From IMG/VR virus record IMGVR_UViG_3300025914_000010, positions 14,661 through 78,660 of that record: DNA of 64,000 nucleotides; one strand, given 5' to 3'. Each line of letters begins with the position of its first letter. Position 1 is the first letter of the stretch. Both the position numbers and the translations under genes were made by a program. Shown here piece by piece: positions 39,889 through 49,132 of this stretch. Origin of the DNA: a virus. Under the pieces are notes generated by a model. The model worked only from the letters and a program-made list of their open reading frames with translations, searched no databases and was not told the origin of the DNA.

Positions 39889-40461
39889 TTACGTCGCCCG
39901 CTTGATCCGCTCGACCAGCCCGAGAAACAGCATGTGGAGGATGACCATGTGCGCATCCTCCGCCTGCTGCATACTCTCGGTCGGCACGTGAATGCTGATG
40001 TCGGCGACCTTTGCAAGCAGACCGCCGTCGAAGCCGGAAAGACCGATTGTCTTCACGCATTCCATTTGTAAGGCAGTCTGTACGGCGTTCAAGATATTCG
40101 CGCTGTTTCCGCTACCAGAGACGGCCACCAGAACCGACCCGCATTGGCCCCACGTTTCCACCTGTGGGGCGAAGACGTTCGACCACGCGCTATCGTTGGC
40201 CCACGCGGAGACGAGGGGCGCAGCGTCACTTAAGCAAATCGCCTTCAGCGGCTTGCCGGTTTCCAGCCCGACGTTCTTTTGCAGGTCGTTGACGATGTGC
40301 GAGCACGATGAGCCGCTGCCGCCATTGCCGCAGAACATCACAACTTTGCCGCGCTGCCACGACTGATAAAGTGCATCGACGGCGGCCGAAATCGACGGCA
40401 AGTACAGATGCCTCAACAGATCCGAAACGCTTATGGCGTACCGAGCGAGAAATTCGTTCAT
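39889..40461 (-). CDS. gmhA: Phosphoheptose isomerase-like SIS domain protein
   Basis: CGNGGSG..SH, AND, SGSGNS.N, GFDGG.L, EDAH..ILH motifs. Confidence 0.85.
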   Translation of the reverse strand: MNEFLARYAISVSDLLRHLYLPSISAAVDALYQSWQRGKVVMFCGNGGSGSSCSHIVNDLQKNVGLETGKPLKAICLSDAAPLVSAWANDSAWSNVFAPQVETWGQCGSVLVAVSGSGNSANILNAVQTALQMECVKTIGLSGFDGGLLAKVADISIHVPTESMQQAEDAHMVILHMLFLGLVERIKRAT

Positions 40462-40688
40462 GGCTGTGCCGCCTTTAGTTCGGCTATCGCCTCGGCGGTT
40501 AAATACTTCTCCAGCACGGCGAACGCATCTTCCCGCGCTCTCATCATCTCATTGCGCTCGTGCGTCTGGGATGCGAGTCGGGTTGCAAGATGCTCGATTT
40601 CCGCGTTTTTAGTTTTGATGTATCGGCCAGAGTGGATGTAAGTCGAAAACGCTTGCTCAAGCGGAGATACTTTCTCTTCGTCGTCCAT
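40458..40688 (-). CDS. Hypothetical protein
   Basis: AGGAGG RBS; coupled to gmhA. Confidence 0.55.
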   Translation of the reverse strand: MDDEEKVSPLEQAFSTYIHSGRYIKTKNAEIEHLATRLASQTHERNEMMRAREDAFAVLEKYLTAEAIAELKAAQP

Positions 40689-40723
40689 GTGCTTTCGCCG
40701 CCTCCTATACGGCTATTCACTCG

Positions 40724-41065
40724 CTATTCCGTTGTCTGCACCACCAGTGCATTGCACTGGATCACCACGTTATCGTTCAGTTCCGGTATGATATTTCTAA
40801 TCACGCACCGCCAGTCCAAAATCCCTTGCGTGATCTCGTCCCCGTTCTTCATGGAATAAGGCGAGTTGATCGCATAGTACGGCAGCCGGACCTCAAACGC
40901 CGTCAGCGCCCATTCGTTCGTGTTCAGAAACCGCTGGATCGCGATAATTCCGGCATTCTGCCAGAACCCTTTAATCGTCTCGCCGTTCCCGAGCGTGCTG
41001 GGACAGCCTTCGCTTTCGATGATGAACGTGTTCTCGTCGCGCCGCGCTTCTCCGAGTGCTCCCAT
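40724..41065 (-). CDS. Putative head closure protein
   Basis: Size and position after the adaptor gene. Confidence 0.5.
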   Translation of the reverse strand: MGALGEARRDENTFIIESEGCPSTLGNGETIKGFWQNAGIIAIQRFLNTNEWALTAFEVRLPYYAINSPYSMKNGDEITQGILDWRCVIRNIIPELNDNVVIQCNALVVQTTE

Positions 41066-41069
41066 CGCC

Positions 41070-41732
41070 TTACGCCACCTTGATCCGGCGGTATCGGTTG
41101 AGCGCCTTCGTCAAGTTCTGCTGCGTCTGCGCCTGGAGGCGGGCGAATGCCTGCTGATCGTAGACGCGCTCGTCGGTGCCGATCACCCACGACTTCACGC
41201 CGCGAAACTTGCTGAACTCGAAATCTCCGAGCAGACTCATGATCGCGATCGACAGGATACCGTCAACAGCAAGTGCGGACAAGCTGGCATACGCCCCGCG
41301 CTTACCAGTCACGCTGATGGGGGCCGCCTGACCGGGCAGTGCGATGTAGAACGAGATGAATGTTCCGTAGTAGCGATCGAACTTCAGGTACTGGATCGGT
41401 TTGCCGTTCGTTGCGGCGTTGAGCGGCATCGTCCTGTAAGCGGTGTTCAGCGTGACCGCGTTTCCATTCACCGCGACGCTCGTGATGCTCACGAAGCCGC
41501 CGCGTAGATCCACGATCGGCGATCCATCCGGTTCGAAGTAGTGGGTGCTGTCCACAGTGTCGGCAAGGAACGGCTTAAACCCGGTCATGTTCTCCCAGGC
41601 GTCCACAGCCGCTTCGCACGCGCCGTCAAAATCTATCTGTGCTTCAGTTGCCGTTGGCGGATCCGAGATAACACCCGCCGAATACAACCGAGCGCCGAGT
41701 TGTGTTCCGGTTGGATTAAAAGTCTGGCCCAT
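41070..41732 (-). CDS. Head-tail adaptor (gp6/gp15-like)
   Basis: VSITSV, ISVTGKRG, L.RYRR C-terminus. Confidence 0.7.
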   Translation of the reverse strand: MGQTFNPTGTQLGARLYSAGVISDPPTATEAQIDFDGACEAAVDAWENMTGFKPFLADTVDSTHYFEPDGSPIVDLRGGFVSITSVAVNGNAVTLNTAYRTMPLNAATNGKPIQYLKFDRYYGTFISFYIALPGQAAPISVTGKRGAYASLSALAVDGILSIAIMSLLGDFEFSKFRGVKSWVIGTDERVYDQQAFARLQAQTQQNLTKALNRYRRIKVA

Positions 41733-41736
41733 GAGC

Positions 41737-41964
41737 CTACTTGTCCTGGTCGGGTCGTATCATCTTGTTAGATTGCGGGCGGACGGCCTTTGCCTCGACA
41801 GGCTTTCCGTCTTCGCCGATCTCGCGAACTTCGCAGCCGACGTAACTCGTGTGCGCGTCAAGCATGTGGGCGCGAATTCCGTTAGGCGAGTGCGACTGAA
41901 CCACTTGACCGCAGTTCGTCTTTAGCCAGCCTGTGCCAAGCCATAGCCCGTAAACCTTGTTCAT
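41737..41964 (-). CDS. Hypothetical protein
   Basis: KAVRP..NKM tail typical of small genes after the capsid gene. Confidence 0.55.
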   Translation of the reverse strand: MNKVYGLWLGTGWLKTNCGQVVQSHSPNGIRAHMLDAHTSYVGCEVREIGEDGKPVEAKAVRPQSNKMIRPDQDK

Positions 41965-42045
41965 ATCCACCTGCCGCCTCCTATGCGGACTTACTGCACG
42001 GGCAACCGCCAAACTCCCGGTAAGTCGGTCGCCCGCACATCTTGC

Positions 42046-42261
42046 TTACTGACCGCTGACCTTCGACCACGTAGGACTCGCACTCGTGCCGCTGTTCTCG
42101 TAGAGAACCGAGTTGGTCGTATCGATCAACAACGCCCCTTTGCCTGCGTTCTGGTTGGCGTAAGTGCCGCTGGTGCCGTTGGTCGGCGCTCCGGCGTTGC
42201 GCAGCGGAGTGCCGAGGCCGGACCCGGCCCAAGCATTCGTGCTGCTTGCAATCACTGGCAT
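42046..42261 (-). CDS. Small virion (head decoration-like) protein
   Basis: GAPT.GT..GALLIDTTN..LY.N.GT.ASPTW; GGAGG RBS. Confidence 0.65.
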   Translation of the reverse strand: MPVIASSTNAWAGSGLGTPLRNAGAPTNGTSGTYANQNAGKGALLIDTTNSVLYENSGTSASPTWSKVSGQ

Positions 42262-42283
42262 TGGTTGTTACCTCCCGTAAAGA

Positions 42284-42311
42284 CAAAGCCTCCGGCCAAT
42301 AACCGGAGGCT
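42284..42311 (-). terminator. Intrinsic terminator
   Basis: AGCCTCCGGT/GCCGGAGGCT stem followed by TTGTCTTT. Confidence 0.7.
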
Positions 42312-42341
42312 GGTGAGTGATGCTATGCGGTTGTGATCGGA

Positions 42342-43254
42342 TCATTCGATGCTGGCGAGTTTTCGTTCTAGTTCAAGAATGTGCGCTTTCGCTTCCTTTA
42401 GTTCATTCTCGATTTTTGCGCGCTTCTGCTTCAATTCACGTTGCGTTATTACGTTGTGGTCCGTAGGAGAAACTATCTGGAGATTCTCAATCCGATTATC
42501 ATCCTTCACGCCGTTGATGTGATGGATGCATTCTTTTCGAGTAAGAAATCTCCCGATGCTCTGTTCAACCACTACGCGGTGATGAAATTGCCACCCTCGA
42601 TTAGAACGATTAGGATGATCTGGAGACCACACCATAACGTAGCCTTCGGGTGTCAATTTCGCAGGTCGTCCATTGAATTCCCAGTCCAGAGGCCGCTTAA
42701 TATCGTCCATCGCCTCGCACTCTTTGGAACAATAGCGCTGTTTGTGCTGGCTGGGTTTCAGAACGAGTTCCCTGTCGCAGGTTTCACATCGCTTGATTAT
42801 TGGCGTTTTGGCACGAAAACGATTAGCACATCTTCGAGCAGAAAATGCCACTACCTTGACCGCTTTTGCTGCGATAAGTAGGTTTGCCGCAATGCTCACA
42901 TGGGAATTCTTCGCCACGTCGCTTCTTTTTAGGTCGCACCCACTGTCCCGATGCCACACGGCGTTGCATCGTGTAAGTACCACGACACTTCGCGCCACAG
43001 AACCACGGGCGATCGACCCTCACCTGAGATAGATAACGTGTAACGTCAGTCCCACATTGCGAGCACGGACGTGTTTCTTTTTTTCCTCGGTAGGGATTGT
43101 CGCGCCAACCATCGGGCACATTTCCTAACCTGATACGAAGCATGTTGGCGCAACTGCGACCGCACGTCCAATACCGCCGCTGATACTGTTGAGCTGGTGT
43201 GCGAGTTACGGGTTGCCCACAGAACTCGCACGGCTTCGTTTCTGTGACTAGCAA
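42342..43254 (-). pseudogene. Frameshifted HNH endonuclease with Zn-finger repeats
   Basis: CxxC/CxxxC repeats in ORF 42823-43254 continue in ORF 42342-42998 (HR.V.E..IGR.L...IHHING.KDDNRIENL) after a frame break near 42826. Confidence 0.75.
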
Positions 43255-43309
43255 TATGGTATGCCTCCAGAATAGATTTAACTACCATATTCTAGTTACA
43301 GAATACAAT

Positions 43310-44575
43310 CTAAAGCCCCGTAATTTTGCAAAAAGCAGTCTGTCTTTTGATCTCCAGACTTTCGCGCATCTCCCCACGCACTACGAGTAAATTGCTCGTA
43401 AAATACGTGCTATGCTGGTTCGCAACGTCGATGCGGATGCCCATCCTGCGGCTGATGTGGCTGTACATCGTGAAGTCGCCGGTGAGAGCAGTTCCCTGCG
43501 TGATCGCCGGGGTGACAACGACCGACTTCCCGAACAGGTTCTCGCTGCCCGCTTCCTGCGGCGTCCCGAAGATGTAGAGACCGTCGGTCGTGCGCAGGAG
43601 CCTGATGTTCTGCCAATCCGTCGGATGCATGATAACCGCGCTCGGCTCGGCGAACCCGGTGTAGCGCACGAGCGTGAACGCCTTGTAGATCGCGTCCTGT
43701 CGGTCGTCGCCGCCCTTGGCCTGGAGTTGGATGTTCGGCGCGCTCAGGAACCCGAGCATCTGCGGGGAGGTGCCGGTGCCGGTCAGGAGCAGGACTTCTT
43801 CCTCAAGACCGAGCATGAGAACGATGTCGCGATTGATGATCCCCATCATCGCCGGAACGTCGTCTACCTGCTCTTCCGTGACTGGGATGAACGTCGCGAT
43901 CTTCTCGACCGTCGCCGACCGCTCCGTCCACGCCAGCGCCGACTCCGGCTTCGCGCCCCCTTCAGAGACGCTCGCCGCCGCATTCGTGAACGTGGTGTTC
44001 TCCATCCACTTCACGACCTGGAGCGTGGTCGGATCGCTCGGGATTACATCTGCAACCACCAGGCGGCGGTTCGGATAATCGACCACGATGTCAGTTCGGT
44101 AGTTCGGGGGAGTGTAGCCCGCGCCGATGCTGATGAGTGTCTTGAGGTCAACGTCTTCGAGTTCGAAGCTGAAGTGCTTGTTTCCGGTGTTTCGGAACTT
44201 GTACTCGTTGCTCTCGGTGACGATCTGGCCCAGGCTCTTGCCTTGATACTGAGCTGCGATGCGACGTGGCGTTCCCGCCTGATTGATCGGGCCGGTTGGC
44301 GGACGCGGTGTCGTGCGATCGACCTGCTTGAGTTCTTCGATACGCGCCTCGTTGCTGATGCGCGCTTCTTGAACGCGAGCGTACTTCAGCTCGCTTTCAA
44401 AGGTGATTAGCTCTTTCTCGCGATCGTCGATCTCAGTCAGCAAATTGGCAGGCATGTCGTACATCTGCCTGCCGTCTGCGTCAACCTGATCGGTGCGGTG
44501 CTTCTGGAATATCTCCTGTAGTTCTTCTGTCTTTCGAACAATGAGCGCCTGAATCTCGGCTACTGATTTAGCCAT
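43310..44575 (-). CDS. Major capsid protein, HK97 fold
   Basis: VSEGGAKPES, KIATFIPVTEE, L.GTG, MHPTDW, GDF, FTSNLLVVR.E.R. Confidence 0.95.
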   Translation of the reverse strand: MAKSVAEIQALIVRKTEELQEIFQKHRTDQVDADGRQMYDMPANLLTEIDDREKELITFESELKYARVQEARISNEARIEELKQVDRTTPRPPTGPINQAGTPRRIAAQYQGKSLGQIVTESNEYKFRNTGNKHFSFELEDVDLKTLISIGAGYTPPNYRTDIVVDYPNRRLVVADVIPSDPTTLQVVKWMENTTFTNAAASVSEGGAKPESALAWTERSATVEKIATFIPVTEEQVDDVPAMMGIINRDIVLMLGLEEEVLLLTGTGTSPQMLGFLSAPNIQLQAKGGDDRQDAIYKAFTLVRYTGFAEPSAVIMHPTDWQNIRLLRTTDGLYIFGTPQEAGSENLFGKSVVVTPAITQGTALTGDFTMYSHISRRMGIRIDVANQHSTYFTSNLLVVRGEMRESLEIKRQTAFCKITGL

Positions 44576-44614
44576 TGTGTCGTTTCTCCGGCTCAGGCCA
44601 ACACCGTATCGCGA

Positions 44615-45796
44615 TTAAACGCGTGCGATGCGTGCCTGAAAGGTCAGGAAGTTGGCGAAACGAGCCGAAACCAACCGACTGTCTGCCTTCTCCACAACCG
44701 GAACCGGGTCCGCAACAACGACAGGAGCCGCCTCGGTAGGCGGCTCCTGTTTCTCATTCTCTTGCGTTTCTGGCTCTGGCGGGATGGGGGAGGGAGTCGG
44801 TGTGTCCGGCTCATCGGGAGGCGTTTCCACCTCCGGGCTTGCGGCCTCGTCAGCATCCCGCTGGAGTCCTTTGAATAGCAACCCGATCGCAGTCACCGCT
44901 TCCGTGCGAGAGAGTCCTGAATCCCTCAGAAACCTCTCGAAGGCGCGTTTCGTCTGCAAATCGCCTGCCGTATATCGCTTAACCCGCGTAATGTCGGCCA
45001 TGTCATTAGCCGGTGCTACCACGGGCGAAACTTCATATAAATGCACGTTCGTCAAGAGGCGCGCACCGTTGCGCGACATCGCAATGTCTTTCTCGGACGG
45101 CTTGTACCCGACGCTCTTCCAGTAGTCGGCGACCTCTTTCGGCCCATCCAGCATCTCGTCGGAAAGCACCTTATAGCCGATGCTCATCTTCTTGAGCACG
45201 CCGTCCTTCAAGAGCACCATGCAGTCTTTGCCGTGCTGCGTCGGGCTGATCTTCCCCTGCACGAAAAGGCCCTTCGCGTCTTCCTTCGCGGAAGTGACTT
45301 TCCCGATCGGGCTATCCCACTGGTGGTTGATGCCCCCCAGAAAAATCACGTCGGTCGATCCTTCGGCCATCAACTTTTCAATGCTGCGCTTGAATGCCCC
45401 GGACGCGACGATCTCCTGCGCCGTATCGATGTTATGGAACGCGTTTCCGTAGCCTTCGAACTCCGATCCGTCTCCGCTCGCGCTCTTCAGCTCGAACGGA
45501 ACCGTCTTGAACGAGAGCACGTTGTCCGCCGACTTCCCCGGCTTGCTATCATCCGTGTCCTGATCGGTGTCCGGCCCCGTCTCCCAACCTTCCGGCAGAG
45601 AAAACCCGCGCCGCTTCGCGATCTCGATGATACGCGCCCTCACCGCTTGCGGGTCGGCAGCACGACCGTAGAGGTGAGCGGCGGCGAAGACGTGGGCTTG
45701 GGTATCGATCGGGAACGTGTGGTTCGGCCCAGCGAACGAGTCGTCGGGTATCCTCGCGCGTTCCGCCTCGGTTACATATTTAAGTCCGATATTCAT
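44615..45796 (-). CDS. HK97-family prohead protease with an extra N-terminal domain
   Basis: FEGYGNAF.NID..EIV..GAF, HQW..PIG, ED.KGL, MSIGY, LYEVSPV..PAN. Confidence 0.92.
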   Translation of the reverse strand: MNIGLKYVTEAERARIPDDSFAGPNHTFPIDTQAHVFAAAHLYGRAADPQAVRARIIEIAKRRGFSLPEGWETGPDTDQDTDDSKPGKSADNVLSFKTVPFELKSASGDGSEFEGYGNAFHNIDTAQEIVASGAFKRSIEKLMAEGSTDVIFLGGINHQWDSPIGKVTSAKEDAKGLFVQGKISPTQHGKDCMVLLKDGVLKKMSIGYKVLSDEMLDGPKEVADYWKSVGYKPSEKDIAMSRNGARLLTNVHLYEVSPVVAPANDMADITRVKRYTAGDLQTKRAFERFLRDSGLSRTEAVTAIGLLFKGLQRDADEAASPEVETPPDEPDTPTPSPIPPEPETQENEKQEPPTEAAPVVVADPVPVVEKADSRLVSARFANFLTFQARIARV

Positions 45797-45814
45797 AAAG
45801 TTAATCCAGGCATG

Positions 45815-45847
45815 AAAAAGCCCGCGACGCATGGTATCGCGGGCTTG
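45815..45847 (-). terminator. Intrinsic terminator
   Basis: AAGCCCGCGA/TCGCGGGCTT stem with a T tract. Confidence 0.75.
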
Positions 45848-45871
45848 GCAGCAAAGCGAACGGCGGACGCT

Positions 45872-46024
45872 CTACATCGGGCTAGGCTTCGGCACCATCG
45901 GCTTCGGGATCGCTCTCGGCTTTGGATGCGGAATGATCGTCGGGTTCGGCTTGTACGGCACGACTGTAGGCTTCGGGCTTGGCGCGGGCTTCGGCGGCGG
46001 CAGAGTTGGTTTAGATCGGGCCAT
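45872..46024 (-). CDS. 50-aa Pro/Lys-rich peptide, absent from the ORF track
   Basis: MARSKPTLPPPKPAPKPKPTVVPYKPNP...; AAGGA RBS. Confidence 0.6.
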   Translation of the reverse strand: MARSKPTLPPPKPAPSPKPTVVPYKPNPTIIPHPKPRAIPKPMVPKPSPM

Positions 46025-46029
46025 CGTCG

Positions 46030-46185
46030 TTATCCTTTCGGCTTCACGCGGGTCGGTTTCGGCTTGTTGACGGTCACAGGAATCGGCTTTACAGGCCGGT
46101 TAGGGAACGGAACGACAGTCCGCGTGCGCGGGTTTCGAGGCGCGTAGCCGTCGCCCTCGGAAATCAGTTTCTTTTCTTCGGCCAT
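46030..46185 (-). CDS. 51-aa Pro/Lys/Arg-rich peptide
   Basis: GAGG RBS; start 2 nt after the upstream stop. Confidence 0.6.
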   Translation of the reverse strand: MAEEKKLISEGDGYAPRNPRTRTVVPFPNRPVKPIPVTVNKPKPTRVKPKG

Positions 46186-46186
46186 C

Positions 46187-46798
46187 TCAAATCCTCGCGG
46201 CGGTCGGTCCGCTCGCACCTCCGACGATTTGCCAGCGACAGAGACACAATACTCCGCACTCACTCGTCCCGTCTCCTGGGTCAAACGTCACTAAATGCGC
46301 GTCGTACGGACCTCCAGCGGCTCTCTGTGGGCACGTTTGGCAGTGGTTGGTCTCAGGGACGCCTAACACCCAATCGAGTAATGTGCCGACTGGCTGTGCA
46401 AGCCGCCAGGCTCCATTTAACGTCCCAAGTAGACGCGTCGCGTACATCCGCAAGCGACGGATTACTTCTGCCTCACTGTTCGCCCCGCTTACAATGTCGC
46501 CAATCAACCCGCTCAGGTAGCGGCTCTGCTCGAACAGCACTGTCTGTGCGAACGCCTCATCCGCCGGGTGGATCGGGTCAGTCACGCCCGCCATTCGCCT
46601 GCCTAAATGGGCGGCTTGAACATGCGCGCCCGTCAGCGTCGTTACGAATGCCTGCTGGAGTTGCGTGAGCGAGATGCGCTGGGCAATATATTCCTTGTAG
46701 GTGTCGATCAGCGTGTTGGCTGTGTCAGCCTGAAGATGTTGGAAGAAAAGCAAGAATGCTTCAGAGTCGGTCGTGTCACTTGACGTGCGGCGGTTCAT
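46187..46798 (-). CDS. Head morphogenesis (MuF-like) protein
   Basis: W.LG...HC..C..PG...C...CLC C-terminus; lies between portal and protease. Confidence 0.7.
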   Translation of the reverse strand: MNRRTSSDTTDSEAFLLFFQHLQADTANTLIDTYKEYIAQRISLTQLQQAFVTTLTGAHVQAAHLGRRMAGVTDPIHPADEAFAQTVLFEQSRYLSGLIGDIVSGANSEAEVIRRLRMYATRLLGTLNGAWRLAQPVGTLLDWVLGVPETNHCQTCPQRAAGGPYDAHLVTFDPGDGTSECGVLCLCRWQIVGGASGPTAARI

Positions 46799-46804
46799 CG
46801 CGCC

Positions 46805-47368
46805 TCATTTGTGTAGAAACGGCTTCAATTCATCCATTGATGCCGCCTGCGTCAAATCGCTGTGTTGCCAGTAAACCATTCTCACTCCATCATCGTCCGT
46901 TGATTTGTAAAGGAACGGCTTGTCGATCGGACAATAAAAAAGCCCCGTAGGACATTCCTCCGGGGCTTGCCAACGCTCTACATCTCGCGGCCAAGTGTCT
47001 GACTGCACATGCAAAAAGAACAACAGTACACGATGATCTGAATACTTTTGAACTTTCAGGTAATCCAGATAGTGATTGTGGTTTATGCCTGTTACGAACT
47101 TCTTTTCTATGCCGTACCAGCTAAAGCGCGTTTTACGTTTTGCCTCAACCCACCCATGCCAAAAATACCCGGAAGGCGCGGATGGGTTGAAAACAAACAT
47201 GTCTGGCGCGACTAATTCTTCACCATCACAGAAGAATTGTGGTCCCTTATGATCGTCGGTTTCCTTCTCGTACACCGGTAGAACATGGAAACCAATCGAC
47301 TTCAACCACAGCGCTATGATGCTTTCGCCCATTTTGCCTATTAGAAGCTGCCTACGAAAATCCCTCAC
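46805..47368 (-). CDS. PD-(D/E)XK nuclease-like protein
   Basis: GE..IA, APD, WVEAKRK; GTGA coupling to the methyltransferase. Confidence 0.65.
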   Translation of the reverse strand: MRDFRRQLLIGKMGESIIALWLKSIGFHVLPVYEKETDDHKGPQFFCDGEELVAPDMFVFNPSAPSGYFWHGWVEAKRKTRFSWYGIEKKFVTGINHNHYLDYLKVQKYSDHRVLLFFLHVQSDTWPRDVERWQAPEECPTGLFYCPIDKPFLYKSTDDDGVRMVYWQHSDLTQAASMDELKPFLHK

Positions 47369-48426
47369 AGTGTCGCCCCCCATCCGTAGACAGAGAACGA
47401 TTCTAAGAACCAATCACGATCTGGCCCAAGGTAGATAATCGCCTGCCCCTGCAATGGCGCGGAGAGTTTGCCGCCCGGTTCCCAAAACCGAACGCGGCCC
47501 CGCGTGAACACTACGGCGCTGGCAACCTCAACAATCTTGCAGAACCATGCCGTTTCCGTGGCATTGTTCACGAGCACAATAGCCGAAGTCACATCACCGG
47601 CGCGGAAATGCTCAACCAGTTTTGAAGCGAATTGGCCGATGAGTTCGCCTGCATACGGCGGGTTCATCCATACCCGGCCTTGCCAACACTGCTTTAATCC
47701 GTCTGTCTCAGCATCGAAGAACTGAGCCGCGCCGACAACCTCATTGGCCGCTGCGCTGGATGCAGGATCGGTGTCGATACCGCCCATGACGGCGATTGCA
47801 GAAGTGATGTACTCCTTCGGTGTATACCATTCATTGTTTCCGGCGTTGTAGGAGACGTGCGCTGTCTTTTCAACTTCGCCCCATTTCGTTGTTTCGGCCC
47901 ACTGCGCCCGCGCTTCCGGCGAAATGTGACAGTAGGGGCAATACGGTAAGTCTGCCGCCCAAATATGTGATGGATTGACTTCGCACCGCTTCAGCCCGTC
48001 ACTGTCTACATGAAATGACTTCGCGTCAGTATAAGCAGGCGCACTAAAAAACGCCGGTTCCTCTGTCAGAGGTTCCGGCGTAAATGCTGCCAACTCAATT
48101 TTGAGCGGAGGCGGCAATTCTTTTGGCTTGTTGAATATATGAACAGCTTCGCGCAGACTAAGATTCGCAACGCGTTGCGAATCTTGCAGTAGTTCGTACC
48201 TGCGCTCATAAACGCGCATATAGAGATTGGCCGTCCTATGGCTTCCCTCAAAATTCTGCGCTACCCATTCAATCCATTTACCGTACTCAACCTTGCCCTT
48301 TTGTTCTGTAAGCAATTCCCCCGCACGAATTGCGTGCGGCAGTCCCGAAAGATATGCTGACTGAACGGCCCGATGTTCCTCATTGATTTCCGCTACAACG
48401 TCATACACTAATGCTAATTCGCTCAT
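47365..48426 (-). CDS. DNA N6-adenine methyltransferase (phage Dam-like) with DUF3102-like N-terminus
   Basis: EWYTP, DPAS, DGL.Q.W, WMNPPY, NNATETAWF; AGELL...K....GKW..W. Confidence 0.9.
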   Translation of the reverse strand: MSELALVYDVVAEINEEHRAVQSAYLSGLPHAIRAGELLTEQKGKVEYGKWIEWVAQNFEGSHRTANLYMRVYERRYELLQDSQRVANLSLREAVHIFNKPKELPPPLKIELAAFTPEPLTEEPAFFSAPAYTDAKSFHVDSDGLKRCEVNPSHIWAADLPYCPYCHISPEARAQWAETTKWGEVEKTAHVSYNAGNNEWYTPKEYITSAIAVMGGIDTDPASSAAANEVVGAAQFFDAETDGLKQCWQGRVWMNPPYAGELIGQFASKLVEHFRAGDVTSAIVLVNNATETAWFCKIVEVASAVVFTRGRVRFWEPGGKLSAPLQGQAIIYLGPDRDWFLESFSVYGWGATL

Positions 48427-48562
48427 GTTTGCGCCCCTCCCAGGCGCTTTATCCTCCAAACGACAAAAAGCGCATAGCAAGCGTTTGGAGGAACGCTTTT
48501 CGCCCCGTCGGGCTAGCTATGCGCAGGCTGGTGAACAGCCATTTTCAGTTTTTAGCGAACGC

Positions 48563-49132
48563 TTACTTCTTGAGAATAATCTCCGTCTTCGGCATATTCC
48601 TCAGTTCCGCCATCCTGCGCTCTAGCAGCACCGCAACTTCCGCGAGTTCAGCCGGAATAGGGAATCGTTTCACCTGCTTCTCAAGCGCCGCCTGCACGAT
48701 CGCGTCACCGACGTTCTTCGCGCTTTCGTCAAAAGTTCTACCCGAGAAGAACTTCGCCAACTGCTCGCGAGCATCCGCTGCTGTCGGCAAGGGCTTGGCA
48801 AGCGCGTCCATCCCCTTTGCAGTGGGCACTTCGGTTGTATCGCCCCAATTCGCTCGCCGCTTCCGCCGAAGAAAGTCCGTCACCTCAGCCATACTGGACT
48901 TCGCGCGATAGTATTCCTCGCCAATTTCGGTGATGCTCTTTTCGGGATGAGCGGCTGCGTAATCGGCAAGCGGTGTCTTAATTGACGCGCTGCGCTCGAC
49001 CGGCGTCTTATAGACCGCCGCGCCCTCCACATAGCACGCAACGCCTGCCATGCCAGTCAATCCGCAGTCGCAGCCGCGCCCGAGCGTGGTTTCACAATTC
49101 AGGGCGTGGTCGTGGGTTTCGGGAGTTATCAT
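48563..49132 (-). CDS. Hypothetical protein
   Basis: ATGA-coupled to the portal gene. Confidence 0.55.
   Translation of the reverse strand: MITPETHDHALNCETTLGRGCDCGLTGMAGVACYVEGAAVYKTPVERSASIKTPLADYAAAHPEKSITEIGEEYYRAKSSMAEVTDFLRRKRRANWGDTTEVPTAKGMDALAKPLPTAADAREQLAKFFSGRTFDESAKNVGDAIVQAALEKQVKRFPIPAELAEVAVLLERRMAELRNMPKTEIILKK

Noticed and set aside
8771-46147. Long + strand ORFs antisense to structural genes (e.g. 8771-10231, 26315-27589, 43412-44410, 45041-46147)
   Set aside because: They are shadow frames of GC-rich coding sequence, with no RBS or recognisable motifs.
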